A stretch of 44,279 nucleotides of DNA from an uncultured virus (IMG/VR IMGVR_UViG_2822699256_000006) (IMGVR_UViG_2822699256_000006); one strand, 5' to 3'; positions 1 to 10,093 are shown, counted from the stretch's first letter. A program made the numbers and translations. The notes: a model not told the origin generated them from the letters alone.

Positions 1-162
1 ATCAATTACAGTATCATCAGCATTCTTTGTAACAGCAGACCAAGTTAGATTTACTTTACCTTGGTTTACGGTATAAGCTAATCCTGTTACTTTACCTGGA
101 GCAACACTATCACCAGCTGTAGCAAAGGCTTGTACAGAATATAAGGATTCTAAAGCACTCAT
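1..162 (-). CDS. Partial (runs off window) FN3-domain-containing virion/fibre protein
   Basis: Not in the ORF track. ATG at 162 preceded by AAGGGGTG; open frame MSALESLYSVQAFATAGDSVAPGKVTGLAYTVNQGKVNLTWSAVTKNADD..., an FN3-like 'D..AP..VTGL...V.LTW' start. Confidence 0.7.
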   Translation of the reverse strand, partial: MSALESLYSVQAFATAGDSVAPGKVTGLAYTVNQGKVNLTWSAVTKNADDTVID

Positions 163-194
163 TACTTTCACCCCTTATTTATATTTTATATATG

Positions 195-692
195 TTAAGC
201 CGCTTGTTTGCAGCTAAACAGCTTTGTTAAGTATGGTGATGCAGCCAATTGCCCAGGCGTTACATCGCCATCTTCACAATTCGGAACAAGATCAATACCA
301 ATATCGTTATAAATGTTATCAACAATTTCAGAACACACAACTTTATTTGCTTCTTCAAAAACTGTTGAAGTCCGAAATACCTTTTGCAATGCAAACGAAA
401 TGATATGTCTCCAATCATAACCCTTATTAAGTTTTGCTCTTCGAATTGATTGTTTAATAATCTTTGTTCTTTGCTCGCTAGTAAGCCCCTTTGTATAACG
501 ATAAATATCATATACTTCATGTTTCATTGGACGTATAGCTAGGTCTTTATTAATATCAATTTCTAGTATTAGATCATCTGCTATTATCATACCGACATGT
601 GTGTAGTCTGAACTTGTAATCCATCTTATTAATCTAGAAATAATAGGTGTATTGCCTTTCACTAAAACAATATCTCCTGTTTGTAGCTTCAC
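195..692 (-). CDS. Permuted papain-like (YaeF/YiiX, NlpC/P60-related) enzyme
   Basis: GDIVLV, YTHVGM (His32), KGYD and VCSEIV (Cys120) in the permuted His-before-Cys order. GTG start with GGAGGGAGG RBS. Confidence 0.8.
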   Translation of the reverse strand: MKLQTGDIVLVKGNTPIISRLIRWITSSDYTHVGMIIADDLILEIDINKDLAIRPMKHEVYDIYRYTKGLTSEQRTKIIKQSIRRAKLNKGYDWRHIISFALQKVFRTSTVFEEANKVVCSEIVDNIYNDIGIDLVPNCEDGDVTPGQLAASPYLTKLFSCKQAA

Positions 693-722
693 AGAATAAC
701 CTCCCTCCTGCGATTCTAATAA

Positions 723-751
723 ATTATATACTGATTAAACTTTACATACAA
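723..751 (-). promoter_or_regulatory. Candidate sigma-A-type promoter for the papain-like gene
   Basis: Minus strand TTGTAT-17 nt-TATAAT in the 693-770 intergenic gap. Perfect -10, 3/6 -35; AT-rich background lowers confidence. Confidence 0.45.
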
Positions 752-770
752 AATGCATAGGAAGCCGTTG

Positions 771-1217
771 TCAGACAGTTCCCATGATATTCTGCTTCCT
801 AGCTATATGTTCTTTTCTGTTTTCTAATATTTCTTTCGCTTTTGCTTCTGCATATCCCATATAATCAAATAACCAGTCAGATTTAGCTAAAGATGTGTCT
901 GTAATTTGATGCATTTTTGCAATATGCTCTAGATTCTCTTCAATTTCTTTCTCATCTGCTGAAAGACTCAAGCCATTTACTTTCTTATTCATGATTCTCA
1001 TAAAGCCAAACAACACAAACTCTAGTGTGGATGATCCAATGTTAGGGTTAATTTTATCTGAAGCCATATTGAATAATATCTGATTTACTTTTAATTTTTC
1101 TTCTTCAGATAGATTCTTAAAGTTTTCTGCATTAATTTCTCCTGATAAAATCTTAGATTCCAGTGTTTCTTCTTTTCTTATATCATCTGATACAAATGAA
1201 ATACGTTCTCTAGCCAT
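771..1217 (-). CDS. Hypothetical protein (helical; possibly fibre assembly/chaperone)
   Basis: 148-aa ORF with AAGGAGAG RBS at the end of the fibre cluster; no recognisable motif. Confidence 0.6.
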   Translation of the reverse strand: MARERISFVSDDIRKEETLESKILSGEINAENFKNLSEEEKLKVNQILFNMASDKINPNIGSSTLEFVLFGFMRIMNKKVNGLSLSADEKEIEENLEHIAKMHQITDTSLAKSDWLFDYMGYAEAKAKEILENRKEHIARKQNIMGTV

Positions 1218-1236
1218 GTTTAATCTCTCCTTTATT

Positions 1237-2316
1237 TTATACCCATGTTAGTGAATAATTTTGTAAAACTACATTTGGTGGTAACTCTATTTTTAATTTT
1301 AGATTACTCCCTTTCGGATGGATTTTATCATCAAAAAGGAATAGCTCTTCTGGAATAATCCGAACCCATGTATCCCCATTATCACGAGAAATGTAGTAGT
1401 TTACTGACTCAACATTAAGGTTATCACTGCCCATTGTCACTTCATAAATATTAGGAAGACTACTCGATAAGAGTTCTGTGCAGTATACTCTATAGTATAA
1501 AAAGCTTTTATTATTCACAAAAGAAAATTCCTTCTTTTCATTTGCGTTAAATTTTTGATTTAGCACAGTATGTAAATTCTCATAAAGTTCTCCATCATTA
1601 CTCCCTTGAAGTATCCAACTCTGCGGATGTGCTACAGTTGCGCTACTTCCCACAAAAATAGAATACTTGTTGATATTAGTTTTATTTTCGAATTTATACC
1701 CAATCCAACAAGGAGGGCCACCTACACTATTTCCACCCCAAGAACTGCTAAGGTTTCTATCAAATACAAAATAGGCTAATCTTGAGACTGTCTCAGAGAT
1801 ATCTTGCGGATTACTAGCAAACGCTTCACCATAAGGTGTTGTATTTGAAGTCATAGCCGGGATTAGATTATCAGAGATCCCCTTGTTTTTTTGTAAATCA
1901 GTAATCAACATGACCTTAGAAGGCGTATGACTTAATATTTCGGTTATTGTTTCAATAACACTTTCTTCAGTTGTTGTAAGTGTTCCGTTCTGAGCATCAT
2001 GCGTATAACCTGTGCTCTTTTCAACATCAATACCACTTAAATCTAAAAGGTCATCGAAAATCATATTCTGCATATTATATTTTGTTGTTTTAGCAATGCT
2101 ATTTAATTTAGCATGTGCCTTCATAATGTTTACAGCATCATGAACAATGAGTTGATTTGCTCGTAATGATAACCCCTCTAAATATTTCTCCAAGTTATCA
2201 ATACGCTCTTTTACATTTATAAAATTACCTTCTACACCAGCAGATAATGTTTGATTACGTAAGCTAGATTCTGCATCTTTGGTTTTATTCGCAATACCAT
2301 AACTAATAGTATCCAT
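1237..2316 (-). CDS. Tail fibre/adhesin-associated protein with discoidin (F5/8 type C-like) domain
   Basis: LIPAMTSNTTP...WIGYKF...INKYSI...PQSWILQGSNDG...YYRV discoidin-like pattern; shares N-terminal, middle and C-terminal modules with neighbours. Confidence 0.7.
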   Translation of the reverse strand: MDTISYGIANKTKDAESSLRNQTLSAGVEGNFINVKERIDNLEKYLEGLSLRANQLIVHDAVNIMKAHAKLNSIAKTTKYNMQNMIFDDLLDLSGIDVEKSTGYTHDAQNGTLTTTEESVIETITEILSHTPSKVMLITDLQKNKGISDNLIPAMTSNTTPYGEAFASNPQDISETVSRLAYFVFDRNLSSSWGGNSVGGPPCWIGYKFENKTNINKYSIFVGSSATVAHPQSWILQGSNDGELYENLHTVLNQKFNANEKKEFSFVNNKSFLYYRVYCTELLSSSLPNIYEVTMGSDNLNVESVNYYISRDNGDTWVRIIPEELFLFDDKIHPKGSNLKLKIELPPNVVLQNYSLTWV

Positions 2317-2331
2317 TTTGCACCATCCTTT

Positions 2332-3750
2332 CTATAACCATGAGTATGAAATTGCATGAAGCTCTTTTCCGTTTTTTAGAACGACCTTAACAAGCAATTC
2401 TTTACCCTCTGGAAGTTTATCTAAACTAACAAGCTTATTTTTTTCAATTCTCATCCATGATTCATTATTACGAGATACATAATATTCTAAACTATCTTCT
2501 GCGTTATCTTCAGTAACTGAGGATAATAGAAACAATGTAGGAACAGCCTCTACAGGCTCAACAGTTGTAATCAGTATAGCTGCCTGTGCCTTGTCCTTTG
2601 GCGTTACTTTATGATTTTGCTGATCATGAAGAATATTCTTTGAGTTTATCAAATCAATACCGGAGCTATCACCAAAATCATCTATAATCATATCTTTCAT
2701 GTTATAGCGCTTTTTATCTAAAAGAGAATTTACTCTTAAATTATGCTTATTGAGATTTATATGAATACTCGTTTCTAAGTCTGATACACGATTAGGCAAT
2801 GGACGATTCTGATAAGAGATTGCCACATTATTAAGCTTATAGGCTTCATCAAGAACAGTTACTTGTATTTGTAAGTTCTTTGAAAATTTACTTACTATTT
2901 CAAAACTATTTCCTACATCAATAAAATCATCTGTTGTTTTCACAGATACTTTTACTTTGTCTCTTGGTAATTCCACTGGCACATTATTGCCAAAATAAAA
3001 CTCCAATTCATCAATATTCACAGGAAAGACTCCGTCCTCTTGGAATCCATTTGTTTCCGAAACAACAAGTGCATAGGCCCTGTATCCTGAATTATTTTCA
3101 AAAGCATATTCTCTTTCTTCATATTCTCCCCAGTTCACTTGATTTACTCGTGTATCAAGATCAACCCATTCATTAGAACCTAACGATAGGCCTTTGAACA
3201 CCCAGCTCTTTGGCGATTGATTCACATACTGCAAATTCTTTCGAGATCTGATTTTATACTTATTTACTATCTTTGTCACAGCTTCCCACTCATACATAAT
3301 CCAATGTGGAAAGGGTGCGCTCTCAGATGATTGCCATCCTACTCCTTCATTTTTCATTCCATCAAACGCATTAGCGGGAACATAATTATCTCCAGTGTTT
3401 CTAAATGAACTAGCAGAAGCCTTACCGCCTTCTGCTAAGTTTCCACTTTTCGACTTTAATGATCCTGTAACTTTTAATGCTTTTAATTCCAATGCATCTT
3501 CCCCTAAATGAATTATATTAGAAGTCCAAACATCATTAGTGATGCTACCTTCCTGAGCTGAAACAACCTTCACTTTATCAATCAATCCCTGTCGTTTCTT
3601 TTCTAGTTCATCTAGACGAACTTTAACATTAGCAAAAGTTCCTTTTACATCTTTGTCTCCATTTTTGTAGTCACCTACACCTAGACGCTTATTCAGTGAG
3701 TCTAGATTCTTCCTTCCTTGCATTGCTTTAGAATAACTTACGATATCCAT
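2332..3750 (-). CDS. Tail fibre/adhesin-associated protein with discoidin domain
   Basis: NLAEGGKASASS...PANAFDG...PHWIMYEW...PKSWVFKG...WVDLD...IDELEF; paralogue of 1237-2316. Confidence 0.75.
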   Translation of the reverse strand: MDIVSYSKAMQGRKNLDSLNKRLGVGDYKNGDKDVKGTFANVKVRLDELEKKRQGLIDKVKVVSAQEGSITNDVWTSNIIHLGEDALELKALKVTGSLKSKSGNLAEGGKASASSFRNTGDNYVPANAFDGMKNEGVGWQSSESAPFPHWIMYEWEAVTKIVNKYKIRSRKNLQYVNQSPKSWVFKGLSLGSNEWVDLDTRVNQVNWGEYEEREYAFENNSGYRAYALVVSETNGFQEDGVFPVNIDELEFYFGNNVPVELPRDKVKVSVKTTDDFIDVGNSFEIVSKFSKNLQIQVTVLDEAYKLNNVAISYQNRPLPNRVSDLETSIHINLNKHNLRVNSLLDKKRYNMKDMIIDDFGDSSGIDLINSKNILHDQQNHKVTPKDKAQAAILITTVEPVEAVPTLFLLSSVTEDNAEDSLEYYVSRNNESWMRIEKNKLVSLDKLPEGKELLVKVVLKNGKELHAISYSWL

Positions 3751-3771
3751 TGTTTCACTCCTTTCTTTCCA

Positions 3772-4713
3772 TTAAGCCCATGCATAAGAGATTGCCGTTA
3801 AGGTTGCTGAATCTGTTGGTAGATTAATACGAATTTTAAGTTGCTTACCAGATTGTGTTGAGATATCTATTACATCTCCTGATTGAAAGGCATTCCAAGT
3901 ACTTCCGTTATTTAAAGAATATTGGAATGTACATTCTTGATGATCTGCCGTTATGACAAGTGTTTTGCGATATGCAGGTAACTCTTCTGTATCCGTCTCT
4001 ATCATACCAGTTCCACGATATAATTTATCTTCTGAATTATAAAGATTGTGACTTGTCATATCTGTCATAAATGTTTTACCAGTTTCTGAATAAGCAAGGA
4101 TTTTAGAATTAACAGGAAGCCCACTCCATTGTGCTTCTGTAATATTATCTAATATGGTCATTCCATGCTCCTTGAACATTTGCTCTGTTACAGGTGCAGC
4201 GCCTATATCTTGCCATGAACCAGAAAACTTTTTAATTGTATTTTCTGATTGAACAAGAAACTTCTGCGAAACACTTCTATCTATAACAAAACCTAAGAAT
4301 TGCTTTGCGTATGGCGCATATCCTCCACTTGCTCCTGCCTCTGGACTCCTCTCCCAATACAACTTTTTTACTTGCCAGTTAAAATCAAGTGTTATCGTTT
4401 CAGAACGCCCTGGATATGGAACGGTTTTTTCATTTCCATGATCGTCAACAACTCGAACTTGTGATATCCAGTTACTACTCTCAGTTATAACAGAAATAGA
4501 TTTCAGTGAAATAGATGGTGTAAATTCCATGGCAATCGCCTGTTCATATTCGCCATCTACTCGATAATATCCGTTTTTTGTTTTACCTTGCAAAAAGTCA
4601 AATGCTGTTCCATATCCATCATTGCTTGTCCATGCTTTAGAAAACGTAACAACTACTTCTGGCATATTTGTTAATCCCTTATTTGTTTCAGTTAAGAATG
4701 ATGTAATATCCAT
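3772..4713 (-). CDS. Fibre-cluster structural protein
   Basis: C-terminal 'YSLNNGSTW...LKIRINLP...LTAISYAW' module shared with the 359- and 472-aa proteins; internal 'FKEHGM..L..ITE..W' module shared with the Gly-rich protein upstream. Confidence 0.6.
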   Translation of the reverse strand: MDITSFLTETNKGLTNMPEVVVTFSKAWTSNDGYGTAFDFLQGKTKNGYYRVDGEYEQAIAMEFTPSISLKSISVITESSNWISQVRVVDDHGNEKTVPYPGRSETITLDFNWQVKKLYWERSPEAGASGGYAPYAKQFLGFVIDRSVSQKFLVQSENTIKKFSGSWQDIGAAPVTEQMFKEHGMTILDNITEAQWSGLPVNSKILAYSETGKTFMTDMTSHNLYNSEDKLYRGTGMIETDTEELPAYRKTLVITADHQECTFQYSLNNGSTWNAFQSGDVIDISTQSGKQLKIRINLPTDSATLTAISYAWA

Positions 4714-4714
4714 T

Positions 4715-6355
4715 CTACTTCACCTCCACTTTTTTTAAATTTGGGAATGCAGCAAGACTTAATTCAGATACCTTACCTGATCCTAATTCTACTGTATTAG
4801 AAAACGCAACTTCTTGCTTTGTTTCTCCCGCACCTGAAGAAGCAATAATTTTCATACTATCAGATTCACATGTATCTATTACCATGTCATGCATTTTATA
4901 TTTTTCTGATTTAAGTAATGCATTACTTTTAAAATTGAGTTTTGCCATATTAATTGCATTTATTCGTTCTAGCTCTTTTAAACGTCCCTCAATCGTTAAG
5001 CTGTTTGTTTCAATCTTGATGCTATGTAATTTAGGTGAGCTGCTTACAACTGGCACTGTCTCATATGCTAATTTATCAATTAATAACGTATCTGTAACTG
5101 CATTTAAATCTAAATAATATGCTAATCGTAACTTCATTTCAGATAAAAAAGGCTTCCATACTTCCTGTGTAACGCCATTAAATGTAGCAATATCCATACC
5201 CTTTGACTTTACATCATCTAAATCACTTATATCAACAGGATGCCAAGATACACCATTAAATGTTTTCCATGTTGTGCCACTGTCATTAGATGCAATAATC
5301 TTGAGGACACTTTCATTTTGTACAGTTCCTGTTAATGTAAAAGACTTAATAGGCTTCTCAAATATCATATCTGTTTCTTGCATAATTAATTGTCGCTTTG
5401 GTATAGCAGTTACATTTACGGACGCACTATTAATGTTTGTATCTCTTGTAAGAACTAGTATTTTAATATTATCTGATTCTAATTGATTCCATGCTGATTC
5501 AGGAATTACACTCAAATCTGTCATACCATGTTGCTTAAATTCATCTACTGTAGGCATATTCATTCCTCCTTCAATATTTTGCCATGTGTTATTTTCATAT
5601 GTTTTTATTATATCACCATCTTGTATCAAGAGAAGACTAGGTTCTGATTTTAGTGTGATAGTAACAAGCCCATTTCCTGCTCGATAGCTATTTTGTCCTA
5701 ATTGATTTGACCCTAAATTATAACTACTTCCACCTCCTCCACCTGAAATGATTGACCCACCACCGCCAAAGTATCCACCGCCACCGCCACCTCCACCGCC
5801 AGAGTAGCCTATTCCCTTTCCACCTTGACCAATTGTTCCAGAAGTAGCAGTAACTGCGGTAGTTGTATTAGAAGCAGCACCACCATATACAGGTCCAGCA
5901 CCAGCACCACCATACCAGATAGTATTCCAGGATTCACCTGCTTCGCCGTATTTGGTCCCGCCACCTCCTCCTTTTGTTCTTTCGTATCCACCACCGCCAC
6001 CACCAGCAGCTACAATTATTCGTTTATCTAAAGTCATTCCGCCAATTCTTATATCAGATGATCCACCACCTGAAGCGGCACTTCCACTTGTATTTACAAT
6101 TGAGCCCCCACCATTCCATCCGCCTGCAACACTTCCATTTTCTACTTTTTTTCCTTGTCCGCCTACCATTACATAAATAGGTTTGCCACCTTCTAGTGTA
6201 AAATCTCCTGAAACCAAAGCGCCTAATCCACCTAATCCCCCAGAAGAAGAATTTCCACCTTGTGCACCTTGAACTTCAATCTTGTATACTCCACTAACAG
6301 GCGGAGTGAATGTTTGCTCTGCTCCTGTATAATTAAATGTCCATACTTGTGCCAT
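4715..6355 (-). CDS. Glycine-rich (ALK/LTK-GRD-like, polyglycine) adhesin/fibre protein
   Basis: FNYTGAEQTF..P..GVYKIEVQGAQGG...GGGGGG pattern. Start moved from 6385 to ATG 6355, which follows a GAGGTGGGAG RBS. Confidence 0.7.
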   Translation of the reverse strand: MAQVWTFNYTGAEQTFTPPVSGVYKIEVQGAQGGNSSSGGLGGLGALVSGDFTLEGGKPIYVMVGGQGKKVENGSVAGGWNGGGSIVNTSGSAASGGGSSDIRIGGMTLDKRIIVAAGGGGGGYERTKGGGGGTKYGEAGESWNTIWYGGAGAGPVYGGAASNTTTAVTATSGTIGQGGKGIGYSGGGGGGGGGYFGGGGSIISGGGGGSSYNLGSNQLGQNSYRAGNGLVTITLKSEPSLLLIQDGDIIKTYENNTWQNIEGGMNMPTVDEFKQHGMTDLSVIPESAWNQLESDNIKILVLTRDTNINSASVNVTAIPKRQLIMQETDMIFEKPIKSFTLTGTVQNESVLKIIASNDSGTTWKTFNGVSWHPVDISDLDDVKSKGMDIATFNGVTQEVWKPFLSEMKLRLAYYLDLNAVTDTLLIDKLAYETVPVVSSSPKLHSIKIETNSLTIEGRLKELERINAINMAKLNFKSNALLKSEKYKMHDMVIDTCESDSMKIIASSGAGETKQEVAFSNTVELGSGKVSELSLAAFPNLKKVEVK

Positions 6356-6369
6356 ACTACCCACCTCTT

Positions 6370-7644
6370 TTAAATACTTATCCAAGCTCCATCTTGATAA
6401 GCTCTTATGATTTCTCCATCTTCAATAAGCAACAATTGTTTTCGCACAGTAAAGGTTGCACTTTCTTGATATGCAGATGCAGCTGTATTATTATCTACTG
6501 CTCTAACTCTTATTTTCGCATTTGTAATATTTAATCCATTGGGAAGTTTATATTCTACTGATACATCTGTTGTCTTCGAAGCAATAGGCACCCAAGAAGA
6601 ACCATTGTAGAAATCTACATCGTATGTAATAGCATCGCCTTCTGGATCCGTAGATGCATCCCATGACACTGTAATGGTTTCACCTGTTAGGTATACACTA
6701 TTTGCGCTTGCTGTTATCTTTAGATTAGTTGGCACTGTTGGTGGCATACTTCCTAATTCAACAAGTTGAATTTTAACATATCCATCACCAGAGTTTCCTG
6801 TTGTTACAGATGTGTTTTCCCCAGATATATAAGAGCCGCCACCGCCACCTCCGTAGCCATCATTGTAGCCGCCACCACCTCCAGAGTAGCCACCGCCACC
6901 GCCGCCAGGATAATTACCATTACCACCGCCACCTCCAAACCCACCTACACTTGCGTCATAACGTGCATAACCACCTAGTCCACCATTAATAAAAGCTTGT
7001 CCACCTTGTACAATACTATTTTTCCCATCTGCTGTACCCCAACTTACAACTGTCTGTGTCGCATATTCAACAGATTGGCCATCACTATAAAAGCCCCCGC
7101 CGGATCCAGCAGGATAACGTCCAGAAGGAACTGATTTCCCACCTTGTCCTGATGAACCTCCATACGGAGTCGAAGAACCGTAAGATGATGACCCAGAAGT
7201 AGATGTATTTCCCTCTCTTCCGTATCCATTAGTATTATTATTAGAACCGCCACCTCCACCGCCGCCGACAATTAATGGCGTAGTCGATGATAAAACACTC
7301 CCCTTGGCTACGAAACTACCACCACCGCCACCACCACCTTGTGGATAGCCCATGCCTTGCTGTCCTACTAATACTTGAATTACGTCACCTTGTTTTAGTT
7401 CAATTTTCCCACTAGCAATTGCACCGTATCCACCCCTTGCGGTAAGGCTTGAATTTGATGTTTTCCCACCTTGTGCACCTGCTGCTGTAATTTTATATTT
7501 CCCACTTATAGGAACTATCCATTTCATAATTTTCCCTGAACGACCAGTAGACGTTGGGTTAAAATGAAGAATATCATTTAATGTTAGTGCTTCTGGATAA
7601 TTAGTAGCACCAGAATACGTGTTATTAACAATATGTGTTGCCAT
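6370..7644 (-). CDS. Glycine-rich domain plus FN3 adhesin/fibre protein
   Basis: WIVPISGKYKITAAGAQGG...PLIVGGGGGG...GGFGGGGG followed by a C-terminal FN3 (PPTVP...WDASTDPEGDAITY). AAGGAGG RBS. Confidence 0.75.
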   Translation of the reverse strand: MATHIVNNTYSGATNYPEALTLNDILHFNPTSTGRSGKIMKWIVPISGKYKITAAGAQGGKTSNSSLTARGGYGAIASGKIELKQGDVIQVLVGQQGMGYPQGGGGGGGSFVAKGSVLSSTTPLIVGGGGGGGSNNNTNGYGREGNTSTSGSSSYGSSTPYGGSSGQGGKSVPSGRYPAGSGGGFYSDGQSVEYATQTVVSWGTADGKNSIVQGGQAFINGGLGGYARYDASVGGFGGGGGNGNYPGGGGGGYSGGGGGYNDGYGGGGGGSYISGENTSVTTGNSGDGYVKIQLVELGSMPPTVPTNLKITASANSVYLTGETITVSWDASTDPEGDAITYDVDFYNGSSWVPIASKTTDVSVEYKLPNGLNITNAKIRVRAVDNNTAASAYQESATFTVRKQLLLIEDGEIIRAYQDGAWISI

Positions 7645-7659
7645 GTAGCTTCCTCCTTT

Positions 7660-8490
7660 TTAAATAAACTCCCAGTTTCCATTTTTATAAGACTTATTTG
7701 TATTTCCATCTTTAATTACATACAATTGCTTTGCTACTGAGAATACATTACTTAGCGTATATTCAGATGCGCTATTTTCACTGTCAGTTGCACGAATCCG
7801 TAGTTGTGCTTTATCTGTTGTAACTGATGGAAGGATACAATCATAATTTGTATCCATAATATTTTTTGCAATACTTGCCCATGTAGAGCCGTTATAGAGA
7901 TCTATTTCATATGTAATAGGATTTCCCTCTGAATCAGTTGATGCAGTCCATTCTAATGAAACAATCTCATTAGACAGATTCATACTCTTAGAGATTGGCT
8001 GTTTTGTAAGTGATGGTTCTGTTGGTGGTTCTTTAGTCAAGTTATAAACAACACGACCATTAAGTATTCTTGGATAATTGAAGTAAGTGCCTAATGTGGA
8101 AAAACCTACGCCATTTACAATAGTAGCATCATCATTAGAAAAGTCAGTGCTTGATGATGAGTACCCTATAGCACTAACAGTTGGCGTAGTGATTGCAAAC
8201 CCTTTTGTTTCACCTGCTTTGATATCAACTGCCAATGTAGTTGCTATTCTAGTTATGGATCCTTCACCTACATTTAAGACATATGCTAATGCACCAGATT
8301 TTATTTTAACCCATCCGGCTTCTCCCTTTGCATGCCCTCCATCTCGGACATAAATATCAACATTCTGTGTTCCTTTAATTCTAAAAGCACTCCATAATTC
8401 TGTTATAGTAATGTTCTTCTTTGCTGTGACAGAAAACATAATTCCTTTGCTTCCATTATTAGCTTTAAAAACTGTTTCAATATATGGCAT
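7660..8490 (-). CDS. Beta-sandwich plus FN3 adhesin/fibre protein
   Basis: C-terminal FN3 (WTASTDSEGNPITY...RIRATD) paralogous to neighbours. Start moved to ATG 8490 after AAGGAGG. Confidence 0.7.
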   Translation of the reverse strand: MPYIETVFKANNGSKGIMFSVTAKKNITITELWSAFRIKGTQNVDIYVRDGGHAKGEAGWVKIKSGALAYVLNVGEGSITRIATTLAVDIKAGETKGFAITTPTVSAIGYSSSSTDFSNDDATIVNGVGFSTLGTYFNYPRILNGRVVYNLTKEPPTEPSLTKQPISKSMNLSNEIVSLEWTASTDSEGNPITYEIDLYNGSTWASIAKNIMDTNYDCILPSVTTDKAQLRIRATDSENSASEYTLSNVFSVAKQLYVIKDGNTNKSYKNGNWEFI

Positions 8491-8504
8491 ATTGTTTAGC
8501 CTCC

Positions 8505-10076
8505 TTACTGAATGGTTTTCCATACTCCATCTTTAAATGACTTTACTATGTTGTTATCTTGGATTAATAAAAGACGAGTTGCGATTATGAACACATTCCC
8601 TATTGTGTAATCTGATTGCCCTCCTTTGCTATCTACAGCTCTTATACGAAACTGTGCCTTGTCTGTGTCTAGTTTTGGAAGAGTAGCAGAATAAGAAGTT
8701 GTTGCTATACTAGATGCCAATGGAGTCCAAGCAGAACCATCATACAACTCCATCTCATATGTGATGACATCTCCTTCTTTGTCAGTTGATGCAGTCCATT
8801 CCAGTTGTACGGCTTCCCCTGAAAGATTTGCGCTACTTGCGATTGGTTGTTTCGTAAATGACTCTGGTTTTGTTGGTGGCTCGTTTCCTTCACTGTACCC
8901 AATCAACACCCAAGGGATTGTATACTCTGGACCCTCTCCACTTGTCGAGCCAATTATCGTTGTCGTATTGTAAAAATACTTATGCATAGTTGTTCCTGTG
9001 TAGCCATGCTTTGCAATACGAGTATATCCCCCTTGTGGTGCTGAATATTCCTTTCTAACTTGCGAAAGAAGAACAACCTCTTCTTGAGAACTTGGAACAA
9101 GAACAGTGAAACCTGTTATATTTACAATGTCAGAAGATAGGATTTTAGCATTTCGATATACATTGATTGAACCAAATCCTATTCCACCACCACTCTTAGG
9201 CGTATAGAATGTTACTTTTGAATTAATATCTGACTCTGTTGCAATCTTAGCGAAAATTGATGATCCACTTTCACCATTGTTATAGCTAGAAGGACCATAC
9301 TTCTCAAGTATCTTAGTGTATCCAGCAGGACTAGAAATTGACGAGTTCTTAATATTTCCAGTTGACTGTGCCATGACAATAATTAAGTCTCCTACTTGCA
9401 CACCACTTGGAACGGACCATGTACATTTCCCTTCTACTCCAGCGTATGAACTAGTCTCACTCCATGATGAAGAACCAACGTGCTTTATCCTTGGCTCTAT
9501 GAACTCTGCTTCTTTTAAGACTAAATAATTACGCTGACCATTGGGAGTAGCATATTGATCGTGATTTGGTATCATAAATTCACTTGAAAAAACTTTATAA
9601 TAAGAAGAATAATCATATAATCCACCAGACATACTTTTGTAACCGTAATTTTCCCATGGAGTCCAGTCTAAACTTGGTTGCTTTCCTGTTATAAAAGCGA
9701 TTCTTCTATTTGATGAGTTAAGCTTATAATTCAATGGAAATGATGCTGATGAATTATAGCTCTCTACAATAGCGCCTCTTATAACCATCCATGTGGTTTT
9801 ATAACAAGTTTTAATATCAAATCTAAGATTGTTTACAGGCGTGTCAATAACTTTAAAATAAAGATGAATATTGTGACCAGAAGGAACATCAGGTGATAGT
9901 TTTATAAACCCGTCAATATCTGGCGTTCTACTAAGATACACTCCTCCTATATTTATCATAGAAGTAATAATTACAATGTCTCCTTTTTTCATTTCCTTTA
10001 CAATATTTACAGTTCTTGTTGAGGCTTCAGATGCTTCATTTCCAACTGCTCCTTGTGCAATAATAGAAAAAGCCAT
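8505..10076 (-). CDS. Beta-rich plus FN3 adhesin/fibre protein
   Basis: Two similar beta-rich domains ('KGDIVII', 'PSGVQVGDLIIV') and a C-terminal FN3. Start moved to ATG 10076 after GAAAGGGG. Confidence 0.7.
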   Translation of the reverse strand: MAFSIIAQGAVGNEASEASTRTVNIVKEMKKGDIVIITSMINIGGVYLSRTPDIDGFIKLSPDVPSGHNIHLYFKVIDTPVNNLRFDIKTCYKTTWMVIRGAIVESYNSSASFPLNYKLNSSNRRIAFITGKQPSLDWTPWENYGYKSMSGGLYDYSSYYKVFSSEFMIPNHDQYATPNGQRNYLVLKEAEFIEPRIKHVGSSSWSETSSYAGVEGKCTWSVPSGVQVGDLIIVMAQSTGNIKNSSISSPAGYTKILEKYGPSSYNNGESGSSIFAKIATESDINSKVTFYTPKSGGGIGFGSINVYRNAKILSSDIVNITGFTVLVPSSQEEVVLLSQVRKEYSAPQGGYTRIAKHGYTGTTMHKYFYNTTTIIGSTSGEGPEYTIPWVLIGYSEGNEPPTKPESFTKQPIASSANLSGEAVQLEWTASTDKEGDVITYEMELYDGSAWTPLASSIATTSYSATLPKLDTDKAQFRIRAVDSKGGQSDYTIGNVFIIATRLLLIQDNNIVKSFKDGVWKTIQ

Positions 10077-10093
10077 ACTACTTTCCCCTTTCA

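Larger units (their letters stand above)
6370..8885 (-). repeat. Three tandem paralogous FN3 + terminal-motif segments (about 6370-6750, 7660-8030, 8505-8885)
   Basis: Protein-level repeat; exact 20-bp DNA repeat tcagttgatgcagtccattc at 7934-7953 and 8782-8801. Confidence 0.8.

Noticed and set aside
5720..7340. ccacc/ccgcc repeat tracts as CRISPR or VNTR
   Set aside because: They encode polyglycine; there is no repeat-spacer periodicity.
6370..10076. Diversity-generating retroelement or shufflon acting on the fibre cassettes
   Set aside because: No reverse transcriptase or invertase in the window, all cassettes are co-oriented, and I saw no near-identical repeat pair differing only at adenines.
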